Source of the DNA: Pyrodictium abyssi
GTDB lineage: Archaea > Thermoproteota > Thermoprotei_A > Sulfolobales > Pyrodictiaceae
Assembly: GCF_036323395.1 (NCBI RefSeq)
Contig: NZ_AP028907.1
Span: forward strand, 2,040,001 to 2,072,000
DNA length: 32,000 nt
Direction of reading: 5' to 3'
A model generated the notes under the pieces. That model did no database searches, was not told the origin of the DNA, and was given only the letters and a program-made list of their open reading frames with translations. Within the stretch, counting starts at the first letter, position 1; the number at the start of each line of letters is the position of its first letter. Shown here one piece after another: positions 8,338-15,661 of this stretch. A program made the position numbers and the translations under genes.

Positions 8338-8386
8338 GGTCCTCCAAGCCAGTGATTCCGGGGTTCAAAATCCCGACCGCCGCACC
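8338..8386 (+). pseudogene. Degenerate copy of the 3' half of tRNA-Gly (anticodon stem through acceptor 3' strand)
   Basis: ggtcctccaagccagtgattccggggttcaaaatcccgaccgccgcacc aligns with the tRNA-Gly sense strand GGCCTCCCAAGCCGGTGATCCCGGGTTCAAATCCCGGCCGCCGCACC. There are about 6 mismatches and 2 single-base insertions, and the last 10 nt are identical. No matching 5' acceptor strand (GCGGCGG) lies upstream. Confidence 0.65.
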
Positions 8387-8582
8387 TCCCTCATGCCTTC
8401 GGAGCCGGAGGTTCCAGCTCCTAGCCCCGGCGGATCCGTCACGCAGTCATCTAGCCGGCTTATTCTACTCAAATCATAAGGATGTTGAGGCAGGACGTCT
8501 TTAGCTAGAACTCTTGTGGAGTGTTTATCCCTTCTAGCAGGAATTTGGATCTCCTAGCGATGGATAATGAAGCGGTGTAAGG

Positions 8583-9032
8583 CTAGCAGATATACTTTCT
8601 AGTGAGGCTACTTAGCTTGCTGCACAGCTTCTTTGTCTCCTCTATAAGGTCTTCGCGTATGCCGAAGTATATAGTACCGTCGAGCAAGGGACCTACAATG
8701 GTTGCATCTATCTGGTTCCTTGTAAGCTCCTCCACAATTCTCTCCGCTTCCTCGAGGCTTTCTACCTTGTAGCGCCTGTACTTGGCTACTACTATACCCC
8801 AGCAGCAGTCTGGCTTTACCCCTTCATCTCCTCGTGTAGGACCGCTGCTCCTTGGCTTGGGGAAGCAGTAGACCTCCAACTCTGTGCCGTCATCGAATAT
8901 GAGGTCGAATCCGTTGTCGCCTACCCTTGCTCCTACGACTTCCAGGCCTAGGAGCTTGCTAAGCTCTCTAGTAACCTCCTTCTTCCGGTCCTCCGATATA
9001 CCACCAAACATTACAGTTATATACAATCCCAA
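8583..9032 (-). CDS. Hypothetical protein, lower G+C, no recognisable family
   Basis: The 149-aa ORF (MGLYITVMFGGISEDRKKEV...) has a plausible protein-like composition and sits inside the low-G+C island. I recognise no motif. The start could instead be the internal MFGG. Confidence 0.5.
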   Translation of the reverse strand: MGLYITVMFGGISEDRKKEVTRELSKLLGLEVVGARVGDNGFDLIFDDGTELEVYCFPKPRSSGPTRGDEGVKPDCCWGIVVAKYRRYKVESLEEAERIVEELTRNQIDATIVGPLLDGTIYFGIREDLIEETKKLCSKLSSLTRKYIC

Positions 9033-9085
9033 ATCCTAAATCTAAGAGTTACATTACTCGAGAGCCGTATACTATGGCTTACGGT

Positions 9086-9373
9086 CTAATGAGTGCTAGG
9101 TGCCTTTTCTCCCTTACTACCCTGGTGGCGTTGCCAGAGCGTGTTTCCCTCCTCGTCTTCGATGGCTACTACCCGGTGGAGCGGTATAACGGTGCCGTCT
9201 TCTAGCACTAGGTGGCTCCGGGTCACCCTGGCTATGCGCTCCCGGGGTATCCTCTTGAGGCCGGTTGCTGTGCCGCGCTCGGCTATGACGACGTAGCCCG
9301 TGGAGGATGTGTGGAAAAACCTCGCTACGGCCTGGTGTATCTCTCCGCGCCGCCCGGTCAACAGTGCGTGCAC
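9086..9373 (-). CDS. DUF504 / MJ1316-domain protein (UPF0248; predicted RNA cyclic-end recognition domain)
   Basis: The C-terminal 95 aa of ORF 9086..9565 start from in-frame GTG 9373: (M)HALLTGRRGEIHQAVARFFH...YVVIAERGTATGLKRIPRERIARVTRSHLVLEDGTVIPLHRVVAIEDEEGNTLWQR. This matches the small archaeal UPF0248 pattern (...IP.HRI..I...G..lW.R). The upstream part of the ORF overlaps the flavin reductase gene and is Arg/Pro junk. Confidence 0.65.
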   Translation of the reverse strand: MHALLTGRRGEIHQAVARFFHTSSTGYVVIAERGTATGLKRIPRERIARVTRSHLVLEDGTVIPLHRVVAIEDEEGNTLWQRHQGSKGEKAPSTH

Positions 9374-9416
9374 CCTCCGGGGTGGTCTCCCAGGGGGTCT
9401 CCGCTGGCCCCTCCTT

Positions 9417-10022
9417 CTAGCTCCGCGGCGTCCTCCGCGGGGTGTATATGCCGCTGTTCGTGGTGAAGGCGCGGCCGGTGCTGTGGAGGAGTATCCTGGC
9501 CTTGCGCAGCTCCCAGCCGTAACGTGGGTTGTAGAGCCCGGCGTCAGCGTAGGCGGCGGCGACATCCGCTACTACTAGGTGGACGTCGTCGGCGAGGTCG
9601 CTGAGGACCCGGTATACCCGCGCCTCAACCACGCCTACCGGCCGCGGCTTGACCAGCCTCGGGGCCCCGGTGACCGTGTCGCGGGCGACCTCGGCGCCGA
9701 GGAGCCTCAGCTTGTCCACCTTCCTGCCGCTGGTCGTGCCGGCGGCGTAGACGAAGTCCACCTCGTCGACCGTGAATACGTTGACGGTGAATACTCCGGA
9801 CTCTATTATCAGCTCCGGGGTGTAGGCCTCCTTGTCGAGCGCCGCCACTATCCGCGGGGGCTCCTCGCTGAACGGCATGACCCAGGACGCCGACATGAAG
9901 TTTACCCGGCCCCGGGCCTCGGCTACGAGCACGTAGGCCGGCCGGGGTGCTAGGACGCGGGGCCACCGCTCGCCAGCGTCCACATAGCCCTGGGGGATTC
10001 CGGCCAAGACTGCTCCACCCAC
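9417..10022 (-). CDS. Flavin reductase-like FMN-binding domain protein (flavoredoxin family)
   Basis: The 201-aa ORF has the stretch VNFMSASWVMPFSEEPPRIVAALDKEAYTPELIIESGVFTVNV..., typical of the flavin reductase split-barrel domain. Confidence 0.75.
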   Translation of the reverse strand: MGGAVLAGIPQGYVDAGERWPRVLAPRPAYVLVAEARGRVNFMSASWVMPFSEEPPRIVAALDKEAYTPELIIESGVFTVNVFTVDEVDFVYAAGTTSGRKVDKLRLLGAEVARDTVTGAPRLVKPRPVGVVEARVYRVLSDLADDVHLVVADVAAAYADAGLYNPRYGWELRKARILLHSTGRAFTTNSGIYTPRRTPRS

Positions 10023-10190
10023 GGCACTACTGCCTAGGCCCGGTCCTCTTTACCGATGCCTGCCTCCCGGGGCCGCGTAGCCGCCGGGCAGATGTAGCCG
10101 GGGACGTACGCTATAATTGGGGGTCACGAGGGTAGGGCCTCCCTGGGGAAACCACTCGGCCGAGGACGAGGACGCGGGGTGTAAACACGT

Positions 10191-11645
10191 ATGAGCGCGA
10201 GGATACCCCTGAAGAGGGTTAGCGACTACGAATGGATGATACCCAAGGGCGCTAAGCCCTGCATGAGGGTCCCCTCGATAATCTTCGCCGACGACTTCCT
10301 GCTCGAGAAGATGAAGGGCGACCTCACGCTAGTACAGGCTGCCAACGTTGCATGCCTCCAGGGTATACAGAAGTACAGCATCGTGATGCCAGACGGCCAC
10401 CAGGGCTACGGCTTCCCCATTGGCGGCGTAGCGGCCATGTCTATAGACGAGGATGGTGTGATAAGCCCCGGCGGTGTGGGCTACGACATCAACTGTGGCG
10501 TGCGCGTCATACGTACAAACCTCGACGTAAAGGATGTGAAGCCTAAGCTACGCGAGCTCATAGAGGAGCTGTTCCGCAACATACCCAGCGGCCTCGGCAG
10601 CACAGGCAAGGTTCGTCTCAGCGTGCAGGAGCTAGACCGGGTGCTGAACGAGGGTGTCGAGTGGGCGGTGCAGAAGGGCTACGGCTGGGCTGACGACCCG
10701 GAGCACATCGAGGAGCGGGGTAGCTGGAGCCTGGCAGACGCTAGCAAGGTGAGCCAGCGCGCTAAGAGACGTGGTGCCGAGCAGCTAGGCACCCTCGGCA
10801 GCGGCAACCACTTCCTCGAGGTACAAGTTGTCGACAAGATATACGAGCCAGAGATAGCCAAGGCCATGGGCATAACCCACGAGGGCCAGATAATAGTTAT
10901 GGTGCACACCGGCAGCCGTGGCCTAGGCCACCAGGTCGCGAGCGACTACCTAATGATAATGGAGCGCGCCATGAGGAAGTACGGTATAAGGCCGCCAGAC
11001 CGCGAGCTGGCCAGCGTGCCCTACAGCACCCGCGAGGCCCAGGACTACCTCCGCGCAATGGCCGCTGCGGCGAACTTCGCCTGGACCAATAGGCAGCTCA
11101 TAACCTACTGGACGCGTGAGAGCTTCCAGCGCGTATTCCACCGCGACCCAGACCAGCTCGACATGAAGATAGTCTACGACGTAGCCCATAACATAGCCAA
11201 GATAGAGGAGCACGACGTAGACGGCAAGAAGATGAAGGTCATAGTGCACCGTAAGGGCGCTACAAGGGCCTTCCCGCCAGGCCACCCAGAGATACCCAAG
11301 GACTACCAGTCAATAGGCCAGCCCGTGCTCATACCCGGCAGCATGGGCACAGCGAGCTACATACTGGTAGGCGTCCCCACGGGCGCCCGCGCCTGGTTCA
11401 CAGCACCCCACGGCGCAGGCCGCTGGATGAGCCGCGCAGCAGCCAAGAGAAGCAGGAGCTACCACGAGGTCATAAGGGAGCTAGAGCAGAAGGGCATACT
11501 GATACGCGCTAGCAACCGCGCCACGGTTGTAGAGGAGATGCCACAGGCCTACAAGGACGTAGACCGCGTAGCCCTCGTAGCCCACAAGGTAGGCATAGCA
11601 AATATCGTCGTAAGGCTACGCCCCATAGCGGTAACGAAGGGCTAA
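10191..11645 (+). CDS. rtcB: RNA-splicing ligase RtcB (3'-phosphate/5'-hydroxyl RNA ligase)
   Basis: A full-length 484-aa RtcB with hallmark segments: MPDGHQGYGFPIGGV, GGVGYDINCGVR, LGTLGSGNHFLE, HTGSRGLGHQV, VAHNIAK, IHRKGAT, IPGSMGT, APHGAGR. No intein is present. Confidence 0.97.
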   Translation: MSARIPLKRVSDYEWMIPKGAKPCMRVPSIIFADDFLLEKMKGDLTLVQAANVACLQGIQKYSIVMPDGHQGYGFPIGGVAAMSIDEDGVISPGGVGYDINCGVRVIRTNLDVKDVKPKLRELIEELFRNIPSGLGSTGKVRLSVQELDRVLNEGVEWAVQKGYGWADDPEHIEERGSWSLADASKVSQRAKRRGAEQLGTLGSGNHFLEVQVVDKIYEPEIAKAMGITHEGQIIVMVHTGSRGLGHQVASDYLMIMERAMRKYGIRPPDRELASVPYSTREAQDYLRAMAAAANFAWTNRQLITYWTRESFQRVFHRDPDQLDMKIVYDVAHNIAKIEEHDVDGKKMKVIVHRKGATRAFPPGHPEIPKDYQSIGQPVLIPGSMGTASYILVGVPTGARAWFTAPHGAGRWMSRAAAKRSRSYHEVIRELEQKGILIRASNRATVVEEMPQAYKDVDRVALVAHKVGIANIVVRLRPIAVTKG

Positions 11646-11668
11646 CACCCGTCTCCTACCCGCTAGCA

Positions 11669-11673
11669 TTTTT
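11669..11673 (+). terminator. T5 run about 25 nt after the rtcB stop (archaeal oligo-T terminator candidate)
   Basis: The sequence gctagcatttttgcgc lies immediately downstream of rtcB. Oligo-T tracts are the usual archaeal termination signal. Confidence 0.3.
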
Positions 11674-11856
11674 GCGCACACAGGCTTAGCACAACCGCAT
11701 ACTTCTAGGCTCAGCTAGGCACCCCCGGCTAAGCCGTCCCTCTGCCCGTGTATGCGCAGTAGTAGACGATGGAGCCACCCTGTTGTCGTGAGCGTGGCTG
11801 GCATAAGAACCCCTATCAGCCAGCAGGTCCTTAGAGACTCCCCGGGGGCTGAGAGA

Positions 11857-12363
11857 ATGAGCGGTGAAGGCCCATTCGAAGACATTGAGAAGGGTCTACA
11901 CGAGGTACTAGCCAGGCTAGAGTGCCCCGGCTACGCACATGCACCTCACACAGCCGACGTCCTTATAGTAGCGCGTGGGCGCAGCCTTGAGGAGGCATTC
12001 GAGCAGGCAGCACGCGGCGTCTACGAGGTCATAACCGATACGGGCAAGGTCGAGCCGCGCGAGGAACGGGTAATAGAGACCAGCGGGGTGGACCTATACC
12101 AGCTCCTCTACCGGTGGATAGAGGACCTCCTCTTCTACACAGACAGCGAGGGCCTCGTGTTCTCCAAGTTCAAGGTGGAGCGCATAGAGCGGGTCGGCGA
12201 GGGCGAGGAGGCAGAATACCGTCTAAAGGGCAAGGCTTGGGGCGAGCCGTTCAACGAGGAGAAGCACCCGCACCGCACTATAGTCAAGGCGATGACGTAT
12301 GCTATGATGGAGATTGTGAAGGAGAATGGCTGCTGGCGGGTGCAGTTCGTAGTCGACATATAG
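11857..12363 (+). CDS. Archease (RtcB activator)
   Basis: From the internal ATG at 11857 the protein reads MSGEGPFEDIE...YAHAPHTADVLIVARGRSLEEAFEQAARGVYEVITD...LLYRWIEDLLFYTD...VKAMTYAMMEI. It has the conserved HTAD motif and the archease length (168 aa), and lies directly downstream of rtcB. Confidence 0.9.
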   Translation: MSGEGPFEDIEKGLHEVLARLECPGYAHAPHTADVLIVARGRSLEEAFEQAARGVYEVITDTGKVEPREERVIETSGVDLYQLLYRWIEDLLFYTDSEGLVFSKFKVERIERVGEGEEAEYRLKGKAWGEPFNEEKHPHRTIVKAMTYAMMEIVKENGCWRVQFVVDI

Positions 12364-12548
12364 CATGTGTCCGCCACTCTTGCCTCCTGCATCTACATGG
12401 CCGGTGTTGGGCCGGGTATACTGTCGGGTTTTCTACCCGGTGGAGCACTAATTTCACCCGTATTCTACGCGCTCTAGCCTCTGGTGGGCCCGTAGTGGGT
12501 CTCCTCGATAGCTTGCTACGCGGCCTAGTAGTACGCCGCCCCAGCGCT

Positions 12549-12866
12549 ATGGACGGAGACGCGCCCCGCGGGCCGCTAGCTGATAGGCTGCGTGAAGCCG
12601 AGGAGGCCCTGAGAAGCGTAATGCTCCCCGGCTACGATGTTGACATAGTCTCCGCGGGGCTCGTCGAGAGAATACGTGTGAGCCGCGACGGGAAATCCGT
12701 CATGGTCGTGCTCGGGTATAGCAAGAGCAATCCTGGCTGCAGCTTCTGCCGCTTCATAAGCAGCGTTGCGTGGGCCCGGATAGTCCGGGGGACTAGAGAG
12801 GCTCTGGCGGCTAGGGGGTTCACCAGGATAGTGCTCGTTGATGGCGCTACGGGTGCGGAGCTCTAA
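12549..12866 (+). CDS. DUF59 / MIP18-like Fe-S assembly family protein
   Basis: The C-terminal 105 aa of ORF 12114..12866 read MDGDAPRGPLADRLREAEEALRSVMLPGYDVDIVSAGLVERIRVS.DGKSVMVVL...C.FC. This resembles DUF59 (v.dPe...divslGlv..i.v). An upstream in-frame GTG near 12495 is an alternative start. Confidence 0.6.
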   Translation: MDGDAPRGPLADRLREAEEALRSVMLPGYDVDIVSAGLVERIRVSRDGKSVMVVLGYSKSNPGCSFCRFISSVAWARIVRGTREALAARGFTRIVLVDGATGAEL

Positions 12867-12892
12867 GCCCAGCAAGAAAGGGAGGATGAGGT

Positions 12893-14941
12893 CTAGTCCT
12901 CATTCGCGCCGGCTATGTGTCTGTCGAGCCAGTCTAGTATGAGCTGGAGCCTCTTCACGCGGTGCTTGGGCCTGCCGCTACGGGATAGGTCATGGTTCTC
13001 GCCGGGGAATATCGCTAGCTTCGTCTCCACGCCACGGAGCTTCAGCGCTGTGTAGAGCTGCAGCGCCTGGTCGAGCCAGCAGCGATAGTCCTCGCTAGAG
13101 TGGATTATCAGGGTCGGTGTACTAGCCTTGTCCATGTACTTGAGGGGGCTCTTGTCCCAGCAGAGGCTGCTGTTCCTCCATGGTGTGCAGCATAGCTGGT
13201 CTTCGACGAAGTACCAGCCTATGTCCGTGGTCCCGTACATGCTTATCCAGTTCGATATACCCCTCATGGATACTGCTGCGCGGAAGAAGCCTGTGTGGCC
13301 TATGATCCAGTTGGTCATGAAGCCGCCGTAGCTCCCGCCCATCACCGCGGCGCGGTCCCGGGGGAGCCCAAGCTTCTCCACAGCGTACTCGACGGCCTCC
13401 ATGAGGTCCATGTAGTCGCGTTCGCCGTACCCGCACCTTATATCGGCGAACTCCTCGCTATAGCCGTCGCTGCCCCGGGGGTTCACGTAGACGACGGTGT
13501 AGCCGCTGGAGGCTAGCACCTGGAACTCGTGCATGAACCCGTAGCCCCACATGGTCTTGGGGCCGCCGTGGATGTAGAGCACCCAGCCCTTCTCAGCCAC
13601 GCCCTCTGGTGGCCGGAGCACCCAGCCCTCTACGGTGGTGCCGTCGCTAGCCCTGAAGCTGAACCTCCTCGGCCGGGCTAGCCGGTAGCGCCTCCTCCAG
13701 GCCTCGGTGTGCCGTGTGACCCTGCGGGCCTCCCTGTCCCGGTACAGGTACAGCTCCTTGGGCTCCGTCGGGGTCATCATGGTGTAGGCTATTGTCGAGC
13801 CGTCCCGGCTAGCGGAGAACTCGTCTACCACGGCCTCGCCGGGGTCTAGTACGGGCTCCGGCTCCATGCCGGGCTGGACGCGGTACAGGGCTACACGCCC
13901 CGAGTCGCTCACGAGGAAGTATATGCCGCGCATAGTCCACTGTAGCTTCTTGAGGCAGCTACGGAACCGGACGTCGCTGTTCATAGTGTTCACGGCGTTG
14001 CGGTCCAGGCTACAGGTGAGGCACTCCAGGCTCCCTGTCTCGGGGTTTAGGAGCATTATCTTCTGGTGGCTCGAGAAGCCCCTCTCGCCGCGGTGCCCCA
14101 GGTAGGCTAGGAGCCTGCCGTCGGGGCTCCAGGCTAGCTCCCCGTAGCCCCTCAGGCCCTGGGCGACTACCCGCGCTTCCCCGGCCTCCACGTCGTAGAC
14201 GTAGACGTCGAGCAGGTATGGCCGCAACATGTCAGTGGCGACGCTCAGTGCTATCCTCTTGCCGTCGGGGCTCCACGCTACGTCGCCAACCTGTAGCCAG
14301 TCGAGGCCAAGCTCTATCCTCTCCATAACGCCGGAGTCCACGTCGACTATGAAGGGCTCTACACGGGTCTTGTAGACGAAGCCCTTACCGTTGAACCATA
14401 CTGGCAGCGTCTCTACCTCCTTTACGTCCTCGTCCGGCCTCCCGACCGGCAGCGCTGCTGCTATCCTCTTGCCGTCGGGGCTCCAGGAGAGCGAGACCAC
14501 GCCCTCGACCCGGGCTACTAGCTGGCTGGCGCCAGGCGCGTCGATGCTCGCTAGCCTGAGCTCTATACCCGGGAGCTTCGCGGCCCTCCGGTCCCTCTGC
14601 TCAGCCTTCCGGGCGAAGACGTAGCGCCGGCCATCCGGCCCTGGCACCGGGCACGTATCCCGGGGCCCACTCTGGAGCACAAACTGCTCGCTGCTGTCAA
14701 CCCTCACGGCTAGTATGCTCGACTCGTAGCTATCAGTGGCTAGGCTCACACGCGCAGCGGTGTAGAGAGCGTAGCGGCCATCGGGAGTCACAGCAGGGTT
14801 CGAGACGAGGACAAGACCGTCGAGGCTCTCCGGGCTAAGCCTCTTTTCAGCGCCGGGCACGGCTAGGCTCCTCCCACAGCCCGGGGGAACCCGCCACTCT
14901 ATGGTGAAAAGTGTCGTGCCGCTCCGTATAGTCGACCTCAC
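12893..14941 (-). CDS. S9-family serine peptidase (acylaminoacyl-peptidase / prolyl oligopeptidase-like): beta-propeller plus alpha/beta hydrolase
   Basis: Repeated propeller blades are present (SWSPDGKRIAAA, AWSPDGKRIALS, AWSPDGRLLAYL). The nucleophile elbow is GGSYGGFMT, followed by a C-terminal Asp/His region (SSEDYRC...GENHDL). An in-frame GTG at 14860 would remove the 41-nt head-to-head overlap with the next gene. Confidence 0.85.
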   Translation of the reverse strand: MRSTIRSGTTLFTIEWRVPPGCGRSLAVPGAEKRLSPESLDGLVLVSNPAVTPDGRYALYTAARVSLATDSYESSILAVRVDSSEQFVLQSGPRDTCPVPGPDGRRYVFARKAEQRDRRAAKLPGIELRLASIDAPGASQLVARVEGVVSLSWSPDGKRIAAALPVGRPDEDVKEVETLPVWFNGKGFVYKTRVEPFIVDVDSGVMERIELGLDWLQVGDVAWSPDGKRIALSVATDMLRPYLLDVYVYDVEAGEARVVAQGLRGYGELAWSPDGRLLAYLGHRGERGFSSHQKIMLLNPETGSLECLTCSLDRNAVNTMNSDVRFRSCLKKLQWTMRGIYFLVSDSGRVALYRVQPGMEPEPVLDPGEAVVDEFSASRDGSTIAYTMMTPTEPKELYLYRDREARRVTRHTEAWRRRYRLARPRRFSFRASDGTTVEGWVLRPPEGVAEKGWVLYIHGGPKTMWGYGFMHEFQVLASSGYTVVYVNPRGSDGYSEEFADIRCGYGERDYMDLMEAVEYAVEKLGLPRDRAAVMGGSYGGFMTNWIIGHTGFFRAAVSMRGISNWISMYGTTDIGWYFVEDQLCCTPWRNSSLCWDKSPLKYMDKASTPTLIIHSSEDYRCWLDQALQLYTALKLRGVETKLAIFPGENHDLSRSGRPKHRVKRLQLILDWLDRHIAGANED

Positions 14942-15563
14942 CCAGCCACTAGGGCCCGAGACCCGGGTCTACCCCGGCGACCCGCCAGTAAGAGTGGAGA
15001 CCATAGCCGAGATAGGGAGAGACGGCTACTACAACAGGGTTCTGCATATACACGAGCACGTCGGCACACACGTGGACGCGCCAGCCCACATGATAGAGGG
15101 AGGAGCCACTATCGACTCGATAGAGCCTACGCGGCTCGTAGCACCGGCGATAGTCATGGACTTGTCGAACGCGTGTGGCGCGGTCACTAGCCGCGAGATA
15201 CTGATGGCTCTCCGGCTCCGCCGGCTCCCCTTGCCCCGGGAGGGCTGGTACCTCCTACTACGCATCGGCGGTGGCTGCCGTAGCATCTCGGTAGAGGCTG
15301 CCGAGTGGATGGTCCGACAGAAGCTCGGGGGCTTGGGGGTGGACGCTGCTAGCCCGGATGGCCCGCCCTACAGTGTTCACCGGATACTCCTCTCCAGCGG
15401 CGTGGTGATAGTGGAGAACCTCCACATACCGGGTTGGCTCGACGGCGAAAAGGTTACGGTAATAGTGGCCCCTCTCCCGGTCAGGGGCGGTAGCGGTGCT
15501 CCTGCACGGGTGTACGCGCTGCTGGATGGCGGCAGACTGGGCGAGTGGCTCAGGGGAGAGTAG
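14901..15563 (+). CDS. Putative cyclase / kynurenine formamidase-like metallohydrolase
   Basis: Contains the family signature HVGTHVDAPAH (HxGTHxDxPxH). The N-terminus reads IVDLTQPL...YPGDPP and the C-terminus IVENL. Length is 220 aa. Confidence 0.7.
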   Translation: MVKSVVPLRIVDLTQPLGPETRVYPGDPPVRVETIAEIGRDGYYNRVLHIHEHVGTHVDAPAHMIEGGATIDSIEPTRLVAPAIVMDLSNACGAVTSREILMALRLRRLPLPREGWYLLLRIGGGCRSISVEAAEWMVRQKLGGLGVDAASPDGPPYSVHRILLSSGVVIVENLHIPGWLDGEKVTVIVAPLPVRGGSGAPARVYALLDGGRLGEWLRGE

Positions 15564-15661
15564 CGTATAACCCTCCACCCGTGTGTCCCTGCTCGGCTAG
15601 GGCCTGCTATCCGGTGGCGTGCAGCGTCTCGGCCTAGTCCTCTAAGCGGTGGCGGCAGAGG

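Larger units (their letters stand above)
6875..9085. mobile_element. Low-G+C island, putative remnant of one or more integrated elements (no integrase seen)
   Basis: Composition drops abruptly right after the ligT stop. For example, 7201-7260 has 19 G/C in 60 nt, against about 75-80% in typical lines elsewhere. The island contains an ORF-free stretch, vapBC, a tRNA-Gly 3'-half remnant and an orphan gene. High G+C resumes at the DUF504 gene. Confidence 0.4.

Noticed and set aside
8318-8345. C-box-like tgatga (8322-8327), suggesting a C/D box sRNA
   Set aside because: No CTGA D or D' box lies at the appropriate spacing, there is no terminal stem, and the adjacent sequence is better explained as the tRNA remnant.
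8319-8504. 61-aa ORF on the + strand in the island
   Set aside because: It spans the tRNA-Gly remnant, and its reading frame is simply open across it. No coding signal.
6904-9053. 8-nt identical string ctaagagt near both island edges (about 6904 and about 9046), considered as possible flanking direct repeats
   Set aside because: It is only 8 nt in AT-rich sequence, so it is expected by chance over 2 kb.
12114-12548. N-terminal extension of ORF 12114..12866 overlapping archease
   Set aside because: It is an out-of-frame read-through of the archease 3' end plus the spacer. The DUF59-like similarity begins only around MDGDAPRG.
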